IMG/VR virus record: IMGVR_UViG_3300045007_000250
Coordinates: 1 to 64,000 of that record
Strand: one strand, 5' to 3'
Source: a virus
DNA: 64,000 nt
The notes below the pieces were generated by a model. The model worked only from the letters and a program-made list of their open reading frames with translations, was not told where the DNA came from and ran no database searches. Numbering within the stretch: position 1 is the first letter of the stretch; the number at the start of each line of letters is the position of its first letter. Shown one piece after another: positions 63,129-64,000 of this stretch. A program made the position numbers and the translations under genes.

Positions 63129-64000
63129 ATGGCGACCATTACGATTACTCTGCTTGCCGGTGCGGGTACTCCGCCACTTGATTTTCAGGTGGGCGATCAG
63201 GTGGGGCTTGAGGCCACTGGTGGTGCTGGGGGTGGTTTGTCCACCCCGACGTACTTGTGGACCTTCGTGGATAAGCCCGCGGCTTCTGCGGCGGTTCTAA
63301 ATAACGCCACGTCTCAAAATGCCGATTTCACGGTGGATGTGGAAGGCACCTACTTGGTGCAGGTCGTGGTGGACGGGTACGATATGACCCGCGCCGCCGC
63401 GGGTTGTCCCTTGGTAGTTATCGGGCCTTCCGTGCTTCGTCCCCCTGCTATTGGCGAGATGGTAGAAGCGAACATGGTGACGGGATGGGGCAGGGAGTTT
63501 CAAAATCTCTTCTACTTGATGGGCACCGTTTCTTCCATCCTGTCGTCTCTTTTCGCTAGCGGGCGTTCTCCCGGCGATCCGCCGGTGTATTTCGTGGATT
63601 CGGTGGGCGGGGACGACGTGACCGGGGATGGGAGTTTTGCCCTTCCTTGGCAGACGGTGGGCTACGCGGTCTCTCAATGTCCGGTGGCTCCTGCTGATAC
63701 CCGCGCTATTCTTTGCCTTTTTTCTGGTACGCATGATCTTGGTTCGGGAGTTGGTTTTTCCGATCAGGCTATTTCTTTTGTGGGTTTGGGTGGGAGCCGC
63801 AACGATGTGAGGATGGAAGCCACTTCTATTCCGGGCGGAAACGCCATCACCCTGTCCGGCGAAACTTGGCCCGACGGTTCGGTGATGTTCTACAATCTCA
63901 CTATTGAAAACTTGACCACCGGTGGAAATGAATCCGCCGTATTTTTTGATGCCGCCTATCGTACCACCAATCCGGCTTTTTTCGTGGATTGTATGTTGCG
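63129..64000 (+). CDS. Virion protein with PKD/Ig-like domain and DUF1565/beta-helix-like start (3' truncated)
   Basis: YLWTFVDKP...DVEGTYLVQVVVD; VYFVDSVGGDDVTGDGSFALPWQTV. Confidence 0.65.
   Translation, partial: MATITITLLAGAGTPPLDFQVGDQVGLEATGGAGGGLSTPTYLWTFVDKPAASAAVLNNATSQNADFTVDVEGTYLVQVVVDGYDMTRAAAGCPLVVIGPSVLRPPAIGEMVEANMVTGWGREFQNLFYLMGTVSSILSSLFASGRSPGDPPVYFVDSVGGDDVTGDGSFALPWQTVGYAVSQCPVAPADTRAILCLFSGTHDLGSGVGFSDQAISFVGLGGSRNDVRMEATSIPGGNAITLSGETWPDGSVMFYNLTIENLTTGGNESAVFFDAAYRTTNPAFFVDCML

Noticed and set aside
1-64000. tRNA, rRNA, integrase or alternative genetic code
   Set aside because: No tRNA or rRNA signatures or recombinase motifs noticed; core genes are intact under the standard code and use all three stop codons

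Overview
A 64-kb segment of a large tailed dsDNA phage genome (GC-rich, roughly 55-60% by eye; probably infects a diderm bacterium). No integrase, rRNA, tRNA or CRISPR array was seen. Order: (1) 1-2187, a tandem array of basic proteins sharing an N-terminal MGKGR(S/A)xG Gly-rich leader; (2) small early/accessory ORFs, RNase H and two DNA methyltransferase-like genes; (3) a MoxR/CobS-type AAA+ ATPase and VWA partner; (4) a full replication/recombination module (HTH initiator with internal iteron origin, degenerate DnaC-like loader, DnaB, DnaG, SSB, PolA, SF2 helicase, sirtuin, RecA, Hjc-like, Cas4-like and RuvC-like nucleases); (5) 33.2-40.8 kb, a sixth leader protein with a GNAT-like domain, a Cys-rich DUF4417-like enzyme, an HExxH protein, ParB/Srx, TerS and TerL; (6) accessory ORFs, RlpA, a DUF2793-repeat protein, holin and CHAP endolysin, Dcd-like protein and class II RNR; (7) head genes: intein-containing portal, protease/scaffold, major capsid protein, neck proteins. 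The two strongest novel signals are the polymorphic MGKGR-leader family linked to the DUF4417-like/ParB/terminase cluster, and a palindrome TGCAA-N4-TTGCA found 13 times, both at a fixed distance from sigma70 promoters and inside genes. Family assignments come from motif recognition by eye, not database searches.
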